A stretch of DNA of 64,000 nt from Lytechinus pictus (taxonomy: Eukaryota). The translations under genes and the position numbers were made by a program. The stretch is from NCBI RefSeq assembly GCF_037042905.1, contig NC_087245.1, forward strand, positions 6,202,001 through 6,266,000, in the 5' to 3' direction. This document shows positions 1 through 11,690 of the stretch, piece by piece. The notes under the pieces are model-generated. The model saw only the letters and a list, made by a program, of their open reading frames with translations. It was not told where the DNA came from and did no database searches. Numbering within the stretch: position 1 is the stretch's first letter; every line of letters begins with the position of its first letter.

Positions 1-325
1 CAACCTCATTATCTTGTCCAACTGCCAACCATAGGATGCCTTTCTCATGACCTTCAAGATCAAACACATCTCCACCTTCCTCTGTTGATTGGTCTAATTT
101 CCAAACACGAAGCCTGCCCTCCTCTTTAAATCCACCAATCAAATTCTTGCCGTCTCTGCTGAAGATCAGCTTGGAGGTAAATCCTGCTTCACGACGGGTC
201 ACATGGCAGTCATAGAAACTAGAGAACTTAACGGATCCCTCTTGTCCACTGGTTATAACTGTGGAGTCATCCGGAGTAAACTTGACAACAACTGCATGTC
301 CACTGTGTCTCTCCCTCTTAATCAT
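1..325 (-). CDS. NWD1/NWD2-like gene, coding exon 9 (WD40 repeats; continues beyond window start)
   Basis: Acceptor TGCAG| at 327-326; phase 0 reads MIKRERHSGHAVVVKFTPDDSTVITSGQEGSVKF...LRVWKLD...LEGHEKGILWLAV, open to position 1. Confidence 0.85.
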   Translation of the reverse strand, partial: MIKRERHSGHAVVVKFTPDDSTVITSGQEGSVKFSSFYDCHVTRREAGFTSKLIFSRDGKNLIGGFKEEGRLRVWKLDQSTEEGGDVFDLEGHEKGILWLAVGQDNEV

Positions 326-564
326 CTGCAAGAAGGTAGACAATGAATTACGAGATGATCAAACTTTTGAAAAATTTCCGAAACTAAAGACTGGAAAAAA
401 TGTGTTCTGAAAAGTTTAACAAACTATTTAATCAATCTATCAATCAATCAACCAACTGTGATTGCAGCTTTTCAATATATATCTACAAGAAGATTTTGAC
501 ACAATCTCTATTATTACTGGCCTGATGCATAAACTGGACTGTTAACCATCAGTGAAAGGTGAGC

Positions 565-980
565 TTATATGACACCTAGATAGATCCTTGGCATTTGATT
601 GGTTGTTTGATATCGATCATTCGGACCATTTTACAATGACGTCATCGGCCGTGCAATTTAGGATCCATTCATCATGCAATTTTGGATCCATATGATTTTG
701 TCCATTGCACACGCAACAATCAACAGACCAAGCTCGCAATGCATGATCACATTTTGCATCGAAACTAATAAATTTCCTATGAAAAATAATCTAGTTTTAA
801 GTGTCATATAAACCAAAAAAATGTTCCTTCATTCGTGCAATGGACAGAATACTTCATTCGGAGAAAGATGAAATGAAATGATCCATTCAACTCAGCTACG
901 CCTTGTTGAATGAATCATTTCATCTTTTACCTAATGAAGGATTCTGTCCATTGCACTCATAAACATTCATTATTTGTATA
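565..980. mobile_element. Non-autonomous palindromic element, CryptonV-like (tentative)
   Basis: Inverted repeat TTATATGACAC (565) / GTGTCATATAA (801-811), followed by a long hairpin 836-955 with central CATTCAACTCAGCTACGCCTTGTTGAATG. Family call is by resemblance only. Confidence 0.45.
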
Positions 981-1233
981 TTAATTGCCCATGATGGATT
1001 TAAACAATATGTGTAATTGGATTACATTCCTAGTCTGCATGCACTTTTTTTCCAAACAACAAACCAAAGGGCTAAAAAATGGAACAAAATTAATTTTATT
1101 TTCTATGTAAATTTGGGACATATCTTCTTTTTGATCAGCTAACTTTATATGTTGCACATCATTGCAGAAGCTCTTCACTTCATCTATTTTCAGTTTCTGT
1201 ACTTTGTTCATTGAAGTTCATTAAGACTATTAC

Positions 1234-1496
1234 CGTTTCCTTGGTATAGACCCACATCTTAGCGCTTTTATCATTCGATGCAGAGTAAAGCACTCTCATC
1301 TTTGTTCCAGTAACATCTGAGATCCATGAAGAATGTCCTTCCAGTGTAGTGATGAGAGGACACTTATCATCCTTTGGCGCCAGGTCCCAAACCTTCAGAA
1401 AGTCATCTTTAGAACATGATACTAAGATAGACTTGGACCCTGTTTCCTTGGGGTCTGCTGGCCAGTGCCAAAGGCAAGTAACCATACCATCATGAC
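1234..1496 (-). CDS. NWD1/NWD2-like gene, coding exon 8 (WD40)
   Basis: ACAG|GTCAT acceptor, ACG|GTAATA donor; GHDGMVTCL...SKDDFLKVWD...GHSSWISDV WD40 motifs; phase 1 in, 0 out. Confidence 0.9.
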
Positions 1497-1832
1497 CTGT
1501 AAACATACAAAATGATTCACACAAGATCAAAATCAAATGCCAAACAGAATTGTTTTGTTGAAGACAGAACATACATGTGTAAATACGAACGGTTCATATA
1601 AGTGTGCATTGTTCATACAACTTTGGTGTATAATTTATTCCCATTCCATTTTCTACACATTTATGCATTTGTTGGTTAAAATTTAGTTCTGTCATGTCAT
1701 AATGAATGTGTTTGAGTTTTGATAGCAAGTGTCCCATAAGATTTAATTTTACTCTGAGAAATCTACAATGAAGTAAATGTAGCTAAAATATTATTAACAT
1801 ACCAAATAATAATCTGAATATTAAACCCCTAC

Positions 1833-4026
1833 CTTGACATTTCAACAAAGCTGAGCCCTCAGTCATATTCCAGACACGAACAGTAAAATCAGCTGACCCA
1901 GAAGCAAGTAAATCATCTGATAACACTAAGAGACAAGTAACAGCTTTCCTGTGACCTTCCAGGACCATATCAGGGCCACTTGGTTTGCATGCATATCTAG
2001 AGAGCTTGATGGATCCATTGCTATCACCAGAAGCAAGAGTCTGCACAGACCTTGCATGGGCAACCACTTTCATGTCATTGTTCTTATGAGCTTGGAATGA
2101 ATGAAGACACTCTTTAGAGGTGATGGACCAATGTCTGAAGAAACCATCCTGGCAACCGGTCAGTACTTCATCATCACTTTCAAAGAAGGAAAAGTTGGCA
2201 GTTTTAGGGTGTTCAAGCTTAGTCAAGAGCTGTCCATTATTGAGGTCCCAGATATAGACATTTGACCCTTTGTCTGATCCACCAATGGCCAGTGAACCAG
2301 TTTCATTGATCTGAAGAGAACTGACAGCATGGTTATCACCAGTCTCAAGTTTCCACATGCACTCACCGCTTGTGAGTTCAAACATTCCCAACAGCTGACA
2401 ACCAAAGATAACAAATCTATCATCACGACTGATGGTAAGGGATAATGCTCCAGATGCCTTGCTTCCTGCCCTGATTTGCAGAGTATGTATGAGCTCTGCA
2501 TTTTCTTCATCCCAAACATTAGCCATGGGATAGTCATTGGCATCTTTGCACGCTGTTACTATTACATCTCCTTTGCCAGTGCAAGCAATAGCCTCTACTC
2601 TTGATGGGTGACCTGCCAAAGATGTCTTCAACTGTCCTCCAGGAGGGATCAGACATGCTCCTCTAGGAATGATTAAAGGATGCTGGGTAGTCCTTACCCA
2701 GGACTTAGCTCCTTCAAGTAATTTTTTTATATTGGGGTACTTGTCCATCAGGTCATACATCCTCCCAAGAAGCTGGCCTGCTAAACAGAAAGGGTCTTCT
2801 TTCAGATTACTACCAGACAAGTACAAGGCCTCAAGAAGAATGCCACTTTCTTCATCGAATGTGGAGAAATCATTCACAAGTTCTAGAAAGCTAAACGCTC
2901 TTATCTTGGTCAGAATCCACTCAAAGTTGTACATGATATGCTGCACCATACCCTCAGGGATCCCATTCACCATTTCACACTGCATCAGATGGAAAGGTAG
3001 CTCATGCAGTTTTCTGAGATTGAAGACATTCTCCCCAAACATAAGGGGTTGAGGTGAGACAAGACGGTCTGCATTTGGGAAATCCTTTTTGCGCCTCTCA
3101 AGTCGAATTGGCCTGATTTTCCCTCTGCTGTATTCTCCAAGAAACATATCTGCAAGAACTTTGTGTCTGTCCATTTTGGACTGTGGGTCACCAAGGTAAC
3201 GCCTTTCTGCAGTTTCAATGAACTGTCTATGATACCAAGCAATCACTGTTTTTCCACCAGCCTGTCGTTCTGTAATGAATTCCCCGATGTCTTGATGCAA
3301 CCTCTTCCAGACTGAAGGCGGAATACGAACAACCCCTTCCACTGGAGGATCCCAGTACTGATAGACATCATTGAGAACTTTATCATCACAAGATAGGACA
3401 TCCTCTATCTCTGCTTCAGTTAGACCACTCTTTCCTGCAGTGAGGTAACCCAGTGCATGAGCTACAAAGATAAGCCCATGACGATCTTCAAGATCCTGAA
3501 ACATCACATTGATAGCATCCACTACAGTGGTAGGAAGTTTAACATCTTCTACTGACTTGTACGATGGCCATGTTACGAACTCCTCAAACAGTAGCTTAAG
3601 AAAGAGTGGCTGAGGGCTCTTACTGAAAGCATCAGTTACCACTTTTACTTGTTGATCATTTAACCTCCGTTTTCTTTCTTTCAACCAGCCATTCATGATG
3701 GCAATTCCATTCTCTTCACCAACAACTTCCATGCAAATATAGCACCTAGGATCTGTCAGGGTCTTCTTGATGTTGTCCAGAATGTTGTGTTCATGAGGCA
3801 GCATAGACACAACAACATGGACATGTTCTGGGAGTGTTTTTAGAAGCCAGTTCATCTTATGGGCGTTGTTATTGGAACTGAGCTGGTCAATACTGTCAAA
3901 CAGCAGCAGGAGTGGTTTATCTTTGGTTGGAAGCATTTCAATCAACTTATTGAAGAGCTGAACCAGTTCTGAGAAATCTCTTGAGTGGTTGGATAGGAGC
4001 GGTGGTGCACCATAAGCATAGCAAAT
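1833..4026 (-). CDS. NWD1/NWD2-like gene, coding exon 7 (NACHT Walker B, helical region, first WD40 repeats)
   Basis: Contains the 720-aa ORF; LLLLFDSIDQL Walker B, GLTEAEIEDVLSCDDKVLNDVYQYW, WYHRQF, NLRKLHELPFHL motifs typical of NWD proteins; GH...WD repeats; AG at 4028-4027, GT at 1832-1831. Confidence 0.93.
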
Positions 4027-4550
4027 CTGTTGAAAACAAAAATTGTATCAAAGTCAGTCACATTCACTTGCAGGCTTACTTACTTTCTGAAACTTTCCAT
4101 ATCATGTCCTAAATCTGGAGAAGTTACAAAACTGATTAAATGAATATCAAACTTGGATCTCCATTATTATAATAAGTATAATGCCTGTCTCCTTCCAATC
4201 CATAGGTGTCATGTTATGCAATCATCCCATGATTGCTATAGGTACCTGGTAAGATGAAATTTCTCATTAGCAGGGGACATTATTAGACCCTCTCAGTTTA
4301 CGAAAGTGCAGAAATCTTTGCGCTTCTTGAGGATAATTTTTTATAATATTGCGCATTATTAATGTCAATCTTGAGATGGCAAAATAATTGATTACCTAAC
4401 TGTTCATTGTTTGTCACATGCTTCCAAAGTGCAGATTCGATTATCAAAATACATATTCAGATGGTCAACTTAATTCCAAAGCATTGGAATTGTATTTTAG
4501 TCTTTTGCTGATTATATTATTGTTGAACCTGCCTTTAATATAATGTATAC

Positions 4551-4785
4551 CTGTTTACACATGCTCTGCAATGTGGCATGGATGGTAGAGCTGTTGGCTG
4601 ATGTCCCTAGAAACCTGAGTACAGTCACACATCCTTCAATCCATTCTCTTGAGTGCCTTGCAACCATAGCCATGACCGATGTCTTCCCAGATCCCGATAT
4701 ACCATGGACAACTAGGGGCTTGGACATGTTTGAAGAGAGGTAGGACCTGATGGATGATAGGATATCTTCCCTTCCTTGAAAGGCA
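4551..4785 (-). CDS. NWD1/NWD2-like gene, coding exon 6 (NACHT P-loop)
   Basis: FQGRE...PLVVHGISGSGKTS Walker A, LRFLGTS motif; canonical splice sites, phase 2 in, 0 out. Confidence 0.92.
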
Positions 4786-4980
4786 CTGTATAATACATAA
4801 AAAGCATAAGGGGCAAAGGAAAGCACTAAATCATATCACTTGTAAAGGTAAGGGGCCCATTTCATTAAAAAAAACTAACTATGTCAACATTGCCATTACC
4901 ATGGCTGCTGAGCCTTGTTACCATGGAAGTTGTCAAAATAACAAAGTTGCCATAGTTGTAACTCATGAAATGTACATCAG

Positions 4981-5137
4981 GGGCTCCGTTTCATAAGGAC
5001 TTGCAACTGTTGTTACTTTGCCATTACGGCAACTACCATGGAAACCCTGATTATGATTGGCTGCTGAGTCCTGTTACCATGGTAGTTGCCGTAATGGCAA
5101 AGTTAAAACAGTTGCAAGTCCTTTATGAAACGGGCCC
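4981..5137. mobile_element. Palindromic MITE (GGG...CCC ends, Harbinger-like)
   Basis: About 60-bp near-perfect arms (TTTCATAAGGACTTGCAACTGTT.. / ..AACAGTTGCAAGTCCTTTATGAAA); degraded relatives at ~4851-4972 and ~10608-10737. Confidence 0.75.
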
Positions 5138-6074
5138 TTGATCTATCAAATTATGTATAAGAGCACAAGGCAAACAGCATACATGATAAAGGAAGGTACT
5201 ACTATATATTAAATCACAAGTACAGACTTGGGGGGGGGGGCTTATAAAGAGTTCAGTTTGTTAAGAATTCATGCTTCATTTGCTTCACTTGCACATATAT
5301 ATTTCAAGCTAAATGATAAAAATTCTATCTGGTACTGTGTATCCCGTGGGCGTTATCTGAGCAATTTGCTAAATCATTATATACCACGCACAACTACGAA
5401 TTTAAGTGTTTTAGTCAAACTTTATTCTTTGTGATACATCCCCCTATTTATCAAATTTTTAATAATCCATGGTATTTTTATAGCATTATTTCCACTTGGG
5501 TAAATGCTCAAGGGACTTTAAGAAGCAAGAGAGGAAGACAAAATGATCAAGAGAAATCTCTCACACATATGGATGAAAAAAAATCAGGGTCGGTCCAGCA
5601 TGAGCAAAAGCTTGTTCCTATCAAATAATATGTAGAGAGCATGGGGGAAGGGGTTGATGCACCGCTTCAATTAGTCAAAGGTCTTCTGATTCCCCCTCCA
5701 TGACCCACTCACTGACAATGATGTTTTGTGTTTTTTATGTTTTCCCCCATTCTTGCTAAATAGAAGAAGAATAGGAGAAGAATGACCTTGCCTTTAAAAG
5801 ATACAAATTTCAGACCTGATGACATGTCACACAACCATAAAACTAAACTACATTCAGACATGATAACACAGATCATAAATGTATTTTTTTTAATAAGGAC
5901 AAAGTGTCACCTTGTCCTTACCCTTAACAAAATAACTTCACTTTCATGTATATTCCCAGAAGAAGTGGGCAAGTATTTATTAACATACACATTTTTTTTC
6001 TATTTTCCTTTGTCATAAGAAATGCAATTTTATTTTATTTTTCCTTCCAATTTATATTGCATGAATATCCATAC

Positions 6075-6392
6075 CTGCATTTTGTTTTACAAAAGAATGC
6101 ATGATGTAGCAGTTCTCTCTGGAGCTGACTTTTGACTGGATTCACAACCTTTGACCTTTGAGCTTCCCACTTCTTGTCTATCATGGCCTTCATTCTGTGT
6201 TCAAAGATCTCACACATCTGCTCAAGGTATTCTGCATGCCCTGGGCAACCAATTGGGTCAATTCCTTTATCACACCATGGTACAGTGAAGGTATGAAGTG
6301 CTTGGGATGGTACCACACCGGGAATGTATTCTTTCTTCAGCCTTGTGAGTAACGTCTGCGACTGCTCAACAAACTCTAGAGTTTGATTGTCA
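6075..6392 (-). CDS. NWD1/NWD2-like gene, coding exon 5
   Basis: TTGCAG| acceptor, |GTATGG donor; FTVPWCDKGIDP..GHAEYL...ELLHHAFFC; phase 2/2. Confidence 0.9.
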
Positions 6393-6965
6393 CTGCAAAA
6401 TGGAAGTGTACATAATACTGTATAAGCTAAAGTTATAATAGTGATTGTCTAATTTTCACTTACTTGAAAACTACAACATCACTAAAATTTCCACTTTTAC
6501 ACTATTTCATTGCAACACATGAAAACATTGTCTGTTTTTTTAAATAATTTATAAAAAGAGATTTGTTTGCAGTGATCCCAAAATACAGCTCTTTGGTAGT
6601 CATATCTCTTCATTAATATCACCCAATACAGTACCATGAATATTTACTGAATATATATCACAACAAACAAACTCTACTTGATATACCTCTGTAGTTCAAA
6701 GTCTCATTTACACATGAAAAAGTGAACATAGGTTGCCAGGCTTCCATTTTAAAGGCATGTTAGATAATATTTAATATATTCATTTTTTTTCTATGTATAT
6801 CTATCCCAGGGCAGGATGAACTTAATATAAAAATAGAAAATTCATCAAAATTAACTCCATTAAGAAGGAGATACTAAATATGTAAGACAATTTTTTTACA
6901 GTAAATACATGAGTGAGGGACAAACATAAGACCCACTATAAACCCCAGGCTAGGGCCTTACTTAC

Positions 6966-7113
6966 TCATCAGTTTGAATGTCAGTAAACTTAGACAAAGC
7001 ATCTTTCTGCTTATAAGATGGTTCCATATCTTTGAAGTCTCTGGTGAAGAAGATACAAGTATCTTCAACATTGGTATTGTCTTTCAATCCATGACGAATT
7101 TCCTCTTCAGTCA
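6966..7113 (-). CDS. NWD1/NWD2-like gene, coding exon 4
   Basis: TTACAG| acceptor, |GTAAG donor; joined to exon 3 it gives MSVTEEEIRHG, the SVTExE motif of NWD proteins. Too short for the ORF track. Confidence 0.88.
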
Positions 7114-7196
7114 CTGTAAAAATTATTAAACAGAAGACTTTTGAACAGTACTTCAGCTACATGTACATTCTTTCCAATATTAGAGAGTCAAAAGGG

Positions 7197-7235
7197 GCCT
7201 AAGCTTTCGATCCTAGCAGAATCTTCGTCGGAGGC
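7197..7235 (-). ncRNA. Minimal type I hammerhead ribozyme motif (variant core) at the Penelope 3' end
   Basis: Minus strand reads GCCT-CCGACGA-A-GATTC-TGCTA-GGATC-GAA-AGCT-T-AGGC: stem I, core, stem II, GAAA, palindromic stem III. Confidence 0.75.
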
Positions 7236-8163
7236 AAAATGACAAACATATAAAGTGGAACAACCATAATATAGACCACAAACATTCAACAGCAACACTA
7301 GAAACGAGGAGACAAAAGGGGCATTAGTGAGAAGAGATGACCAATCAGGTTAATGAAGGGGATGAAAGAAAAGGAGTGGGCAGACACAAAGAGAAGTGGG
7401 TGTAGGCCAAAGAAAGACATCAAGCCAAGAGGGATTAAAATGTGAGGCAGGCAACATCAAACAGGATCTGGAACAAAACAGTGATAGAGGGTATGAGGAA
7501 GAGATGAATAACAAGAGAATTAGTGAGAGGTGGGTCAAACAGGTAACAAAGAAAGGCATAATAAACTGGTGCATAAGAGTGGGGAAAAGGGAAAGAATGG
7601 GGAACAACTGATATGGTGCAAAATACATAAGTATGTATGATGGAGTAATAAACTAAGAGAAGTAAGTGAGTGTAAAAATAAACCTGTAAGAGTAAAAGTA
7701 TGTAAATATTTCCAAAAAGGAATGTATATGAAAAGAAAATATATATAAATATATATACAAAGGGTGTAACTGATATAGTAACCCGCTGGGTGTGAGGGGA
7801 AAAAAACAGAAGACTATATATATATAAAAAAATAATTAAAAAAAATGGAAGGGAAGCAAATTGCCTAAAAGGGTAAAAGCAAATTAAGAAGCTGATGCTG
7901 TATGAGAGAGGGGGTGTATTAAGGAAAAAAAAACATAGTAAACATGAAAATAAGCAAAATAAATAAGAGGTAAGTGAGTGGAGAGAGAAAAAAAATATAT
8001 ATATAATAATAATAATTATAATAACGTCTGAATAAGGGAAGGAAAATTGGAGCTGAGCTAGTATGAGATATGGGAGGAAAGTGGAGGCAGAAAGTATAAT
8101 GTAACTAATCTAAAAGAGCTGAGGGGAAAAATTATATGTGTACACAAATGGAAAGTGGATAAA

Positions 8164-8665
8164 TCAGTCGTTTCCCTCTTGAATGTTCAGGCCATGAGGT
8201 TGGATGGTGCGAAGTCGTCTCATCCAGAACTTCTCTCTGCTGGTACGGACTGAGTCGGGACGGGTACCTAAAGATTCGATGCCCTGTAGCATCATGTCAG
8301 TGATGGAGTGGTTGGGAAGGTTAAAATGGCGGCCAACTGGAGTGTCCAGCTTTGCTGTGTTGACGGTGGATCTGTGCCCGTAGAATCGTTTCTTGAGTGT
8401 GGTCTTGGTTTCCCCTACGTATTGTACCCTACAAACTCTGCAAGTGATGAGATATACAACATTAGTGGTAGTGCATGTGATGTTGCCCTTGGTTTGGTGA
8501 GAAAGGCTGGTAGAGTTGCTGGTGAGTGTCGCCCTCGTGAATGTGTATTTCACATATAATACACCTGTTGCTGGTGCATTTGAAGGTGCCATGCTGTATG
8601 GGAGAAGAATGGTTAGTGAGGGAGGGCAATTCAGCACGAACAATGAGGTCCCTGAGATTCAGTGG
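8164..8665 (-). pseudogene. Penelope-like GIY-YIG endonuclease fragment, frameshifted
   Basis: RPLNLRDLIVRAEL...CTSNRCIIC in one frame, then ITCTTTNVVYLITCRVCRVQYVGET..LKKRFYGH...REKFWMRRLRT.QPHGLN in another. Confidence 0.88.
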
Positions 8666-9104
8666 TCTTTCCAATATTGACAGTTGATTGGGACAACTTT
8701 ATGTTTCTAAAAATAAAAAAAAGTTTTTCTTTCATTTCAGGTTATTTTTCTCCCCTCTCAGTTGTATGAATTAAATTAGAAATTAAAATCTACGTACAAG
8801 TCAAACTCTGACATTTGGTTCATGTTACAGAACATAGACAATTTTCAAGTGATTTGAAAGTTCAAAACTATCTAGCTTTCTCATTAATCTTGAGATGTCA
8901 TTCAAACATGATGATCTTTATTTAAATAAAAATAAAAGCTTACAAGAAATTCATATATTTATAATTATGATAACACCATTCATGTATAATGCATATCATA
9001 TCAACATCCATATGCGCTTCCAAAATACATATATTATTACACTGGTTTTAGAACACAGTCTCTAATAACACGGAAGCATTTCAAGGAATACATTCATGCC
9101 ATGT

Positions 9105-9226
9105 ACTCACCTGGGTAGAGTGCAGCACAATGGAGATCAATTTCTTGCTGAAGAAAATTGGCGGGATCTGAAACCATGACCCTCTATTTCAAAGTCAGGA
9201 GACTTATCCACTAGGCCACAATGCTC
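9105..9226 (-). mobile_element. Degraded tRNA-derived SINE
   Basis: Reverse complement has A/B-box-like head; similar to 33088-33232 and ~35706-35830. Confidence 0.6.
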
Positions 9227-9301
9227 TATGATATAAGTGTTTCTATTTTACATACCTCTACAACTATTCAGTTGATAGACAGAATGATAACCATGACTCA
9301 C

Positions 9302-9662
9302 CAGACATAACAAGTTCATGCATTTCCTCCTCAGTGAAGACACCTTCTTGTCTAGCCAAGGTGGCAGCCAAATCAAACACCTTCCTCATCTTATCAAAGA
9401 CCACCCACCACTTCTGTCTTGTCTCACTCTGCTTCTGTGAATCACTAGAATCATAGTAGTCAGGAAGGTGGACAGTGATAGGCTGCAGTACGTAGACAGG
9501 TGGAATAGCATTGGTGTCTTCTACATACCACTTCCGTATGAGATCTACATCTTCTGCCGAGATGCTGTCATCTTTTGAGACAGTATCCATGAGCTTTTCA
9601 AACATGCCTGACGAAATGGTGGCATTGAGTGGCCGGTAGCCATACTTATCACCCAAGATACC
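9302..9662 (-). CDS. NWD1/NWD2-like gene, coding exon 3
   Basis: GILGDKYGYRPL...WYVEDTNAIPPVYVLQPI; TGTAG| acceptor, |GTGAGT donor. Confidence 0.92.
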
Positions 9663-9883
9663 CTACAAATAAAGACATATATCTCAGATCAGAACAATTA
9701 CTCTTTCAACAGGGATTGAAGATTCAAGTAAATAATTTAAATCATTATTATCATAGTACTTCTTTGGGTGTGGATGAAAATATTGCAATATCCTACAAAG
9801 ACTTCAATTATAATAATGAAAGAAGGATGCAGAATTATTCACAAAAAATGGGAATACTAAAAAAGATCAACATCATAGCATAA

Positions 9884-10156
9884 CCGGTGTGTTAGCTCAG
9901 TTGGTAGAGCGTCCGTCTCACAACCGGGAGGTTAGGAGTTCAAACCCCGGCCGCGTCAGACCAAAATACGTTAAAAGATGGGAGTTGCTGCTACCCTGTC
10001 TGGCGTTCAATGATTAAAGGGATACGGTAGAGCCTTGTCTGTCTGGTGCTGAAGAGTGGCTGCTGGGCCCACAATCAATTGGGCAAAGGAAATTTTCAGA
10101 GTATTTCATTTCATGTCTATTTCAAACAATAAAATAAAGATTTTCATCTTTTCATC
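9884..10156 (+). mobile_element. tRNA-derived SINE (MetaSINE-like core)
   Basis: A box TAGCTCAGTTGG, B box GAGTTCAAACC, then CGTCAGACCAAA body and TTTCATC-repeat tail. Confidence 0.75.
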
Positions 10157-10232
10157 AATAAACAACGTAAAATATTTAGAAAACACATGTACATGTACAT
10201 GTATTTGAATTATATCAAATGAAACTTCTTAC

Positions 10233-10435
10233 CACGAAGTAAGGTCCCTGAGACATACGTTTACACCTGTCAATTTCATTAAGGCACAGGAATGATGTCA
10301 GGTGATCTGCTGTGGCACTATCTCGTACACCCCATCTCATATCAACCACTTCAAACTCAAGCATCTTTTCATGGCAGTATCTACCAAGCTCTGGAAACAC
10401 CTCCCTGATTAACTTATTCCTTTCCTCCTTCATGT
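10233..10435 (-). CDS. NWD1/NWD2-like gene, coding exon 2 (DUF4062-like domain)
   Basis: DMKEERNKL...FPEL..YC...FEVVDMRWGV...CLNEIDRC...GPYFV; TTTAG| and |GTAAG sites. Confidence 0.92.
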
Positions 10436-10873
10436 CTAAAGGGAGAAAGATCATTGCACAAAGTGATGCCATGAACAGTCTGCACACACGTTTCAGACTC
10501 TGGTCTTACATATTGGCCTACATGTTTCAAATTGTAATTTTACTTACTAAGTTTTATTTACATTCATGTACTTCATTATTTTACTTGATTTTATGTGCTT
10601 CTGGGGCTGGGCCCTGTTGCATTAAAGTAATACTAAAACGTAACTAACAAAGTAAGAAGGCTCAACAGCCAATCAAAATCAAGGAATTCATGAATTATAC
10701 CATTGGACAGTAAAGTTACTAAAGCAACAGAGACCTGGTCTCATGATTTGACTTTGATCATGAAAACCACCTATATGTACAGTATAAACCTATCCCAAAG
10801 GGTCAAAATATCTCCAGTACACGAATACTGATAGCCAGTAAATGTAACATATCGATAAATGGTTAACATTAGA

Positions 10874-11102
10874 GGTGCCGTGGAGGTGCCGTGGCCGAGT
10901 GGTCTAAGGCGCCTGGCTATACATGGAAAGTCCGGGGTTCGATCCTCGGCCGCGACACCTATGCCCGTGAGCAAGGCATTTAATCTACAATGCTATTTTA
11001 TCCTGCTTTCAAATAAATGGAAATGCTATATGCATTATTGGTAACTAGGTGTGCACTTGTTTAAATAAAAAAATAAAAATAAAAAAATAATAAAAAAAAA
11101 AA

Positions 11103-11133
<31 letters not shown>
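10874..11133 (+). mobile_element. tRNA-derived SINE with poly(A) tail
   Basis: A box TGGCCGAGTGG, B box GGTTCGATCC, body TGCCCGTGAGCAAGGCATT, ~70-nt A-rich tail; ATTAGA flanks both ends; head GAGGTGCCGTG duplicated. Confidence 0.8.
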
Positions 11134-11136
<3 letters not shown>

Positions 11137-11409
11137 AGACTTTAATGATTACAAAAACAGGTTTGAAATAATCTCATTATAGTGTCACTTACAACTGCAT
11201 TTCATTCCTACCTTAGTCCTTACTGCCATACTAAATGTATGTCTTTCTTAGCATTTACATCATAACCTTTCAGCAAAGCCATTAAAATTCAGACTTGGTG
11301 ACTCAAAATTACTAAAACCATCACATCATTAATTTGTAAGTTACTTACATACAAATGGCAATTAAAATTCTTGTGCATTCTACATTCTTTTTCAGATTAT
11401 TTATCTTAC

Positions 11410-11575
11410 CTGTGAAAGTTGAACTAAGGAATATCCTCACTGTGTTTGATTCTTGATCTGGAAGGGACTCAGTCTCACCTAACACTAGGTCCCTAAAACC
11501 AACTGGATCACAGTCCTGCTTAGATTCCATCTTGTCCCTGAAACCAAGGGGATCGCAGTTCAGCTTAGAATCCAT
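11410..11575 (-). CDS. NWD1/NWD2-like gene, first coding exon
   Basis: Acceptor CATTAG| at 11584-11583, ATG at 11575; ends VRIFLSSTFT|GTAAG, giving FLSSTFTDM with exon 2. An upstream non-coding exon is implied but not located. Confidence 0.85.
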
Positions 11576-11690
11576 CTTTGCTCTAATGGATGAAAGAAAA
11601 ACAAGTGGAATGCCTCTGGCGGTCTCACCTGCATCACGCGATTCAATATAGCAGCAGTGCTGACTTTGAAAACTACTATAACTCACACAA

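Larger units (their letters stand above)
7182..8665 (-). mobile_element. 5'-truncated Penelope-like retroelement (Neptune-type GIY-YIG) in NWD intron 3
   Basis: 13-bp direct repeat TCTTTCCAATATT at 7169-7181 and 8666-8678; GIY-YIG coding remnant, ~1-kb 3' region and terminal hammerhead motif. Confidence 0.9.

Noticed and set aside
9884..9956. tRNA gene
   Set aside because: A/B boxes present but acceptor stem is poor and the sequence runs into a SINE body with no adjacent terminator.
10884..10960. tRNA gene
   Set aside because: tRNA-like head continues into a SINE body and poly(A) tail.
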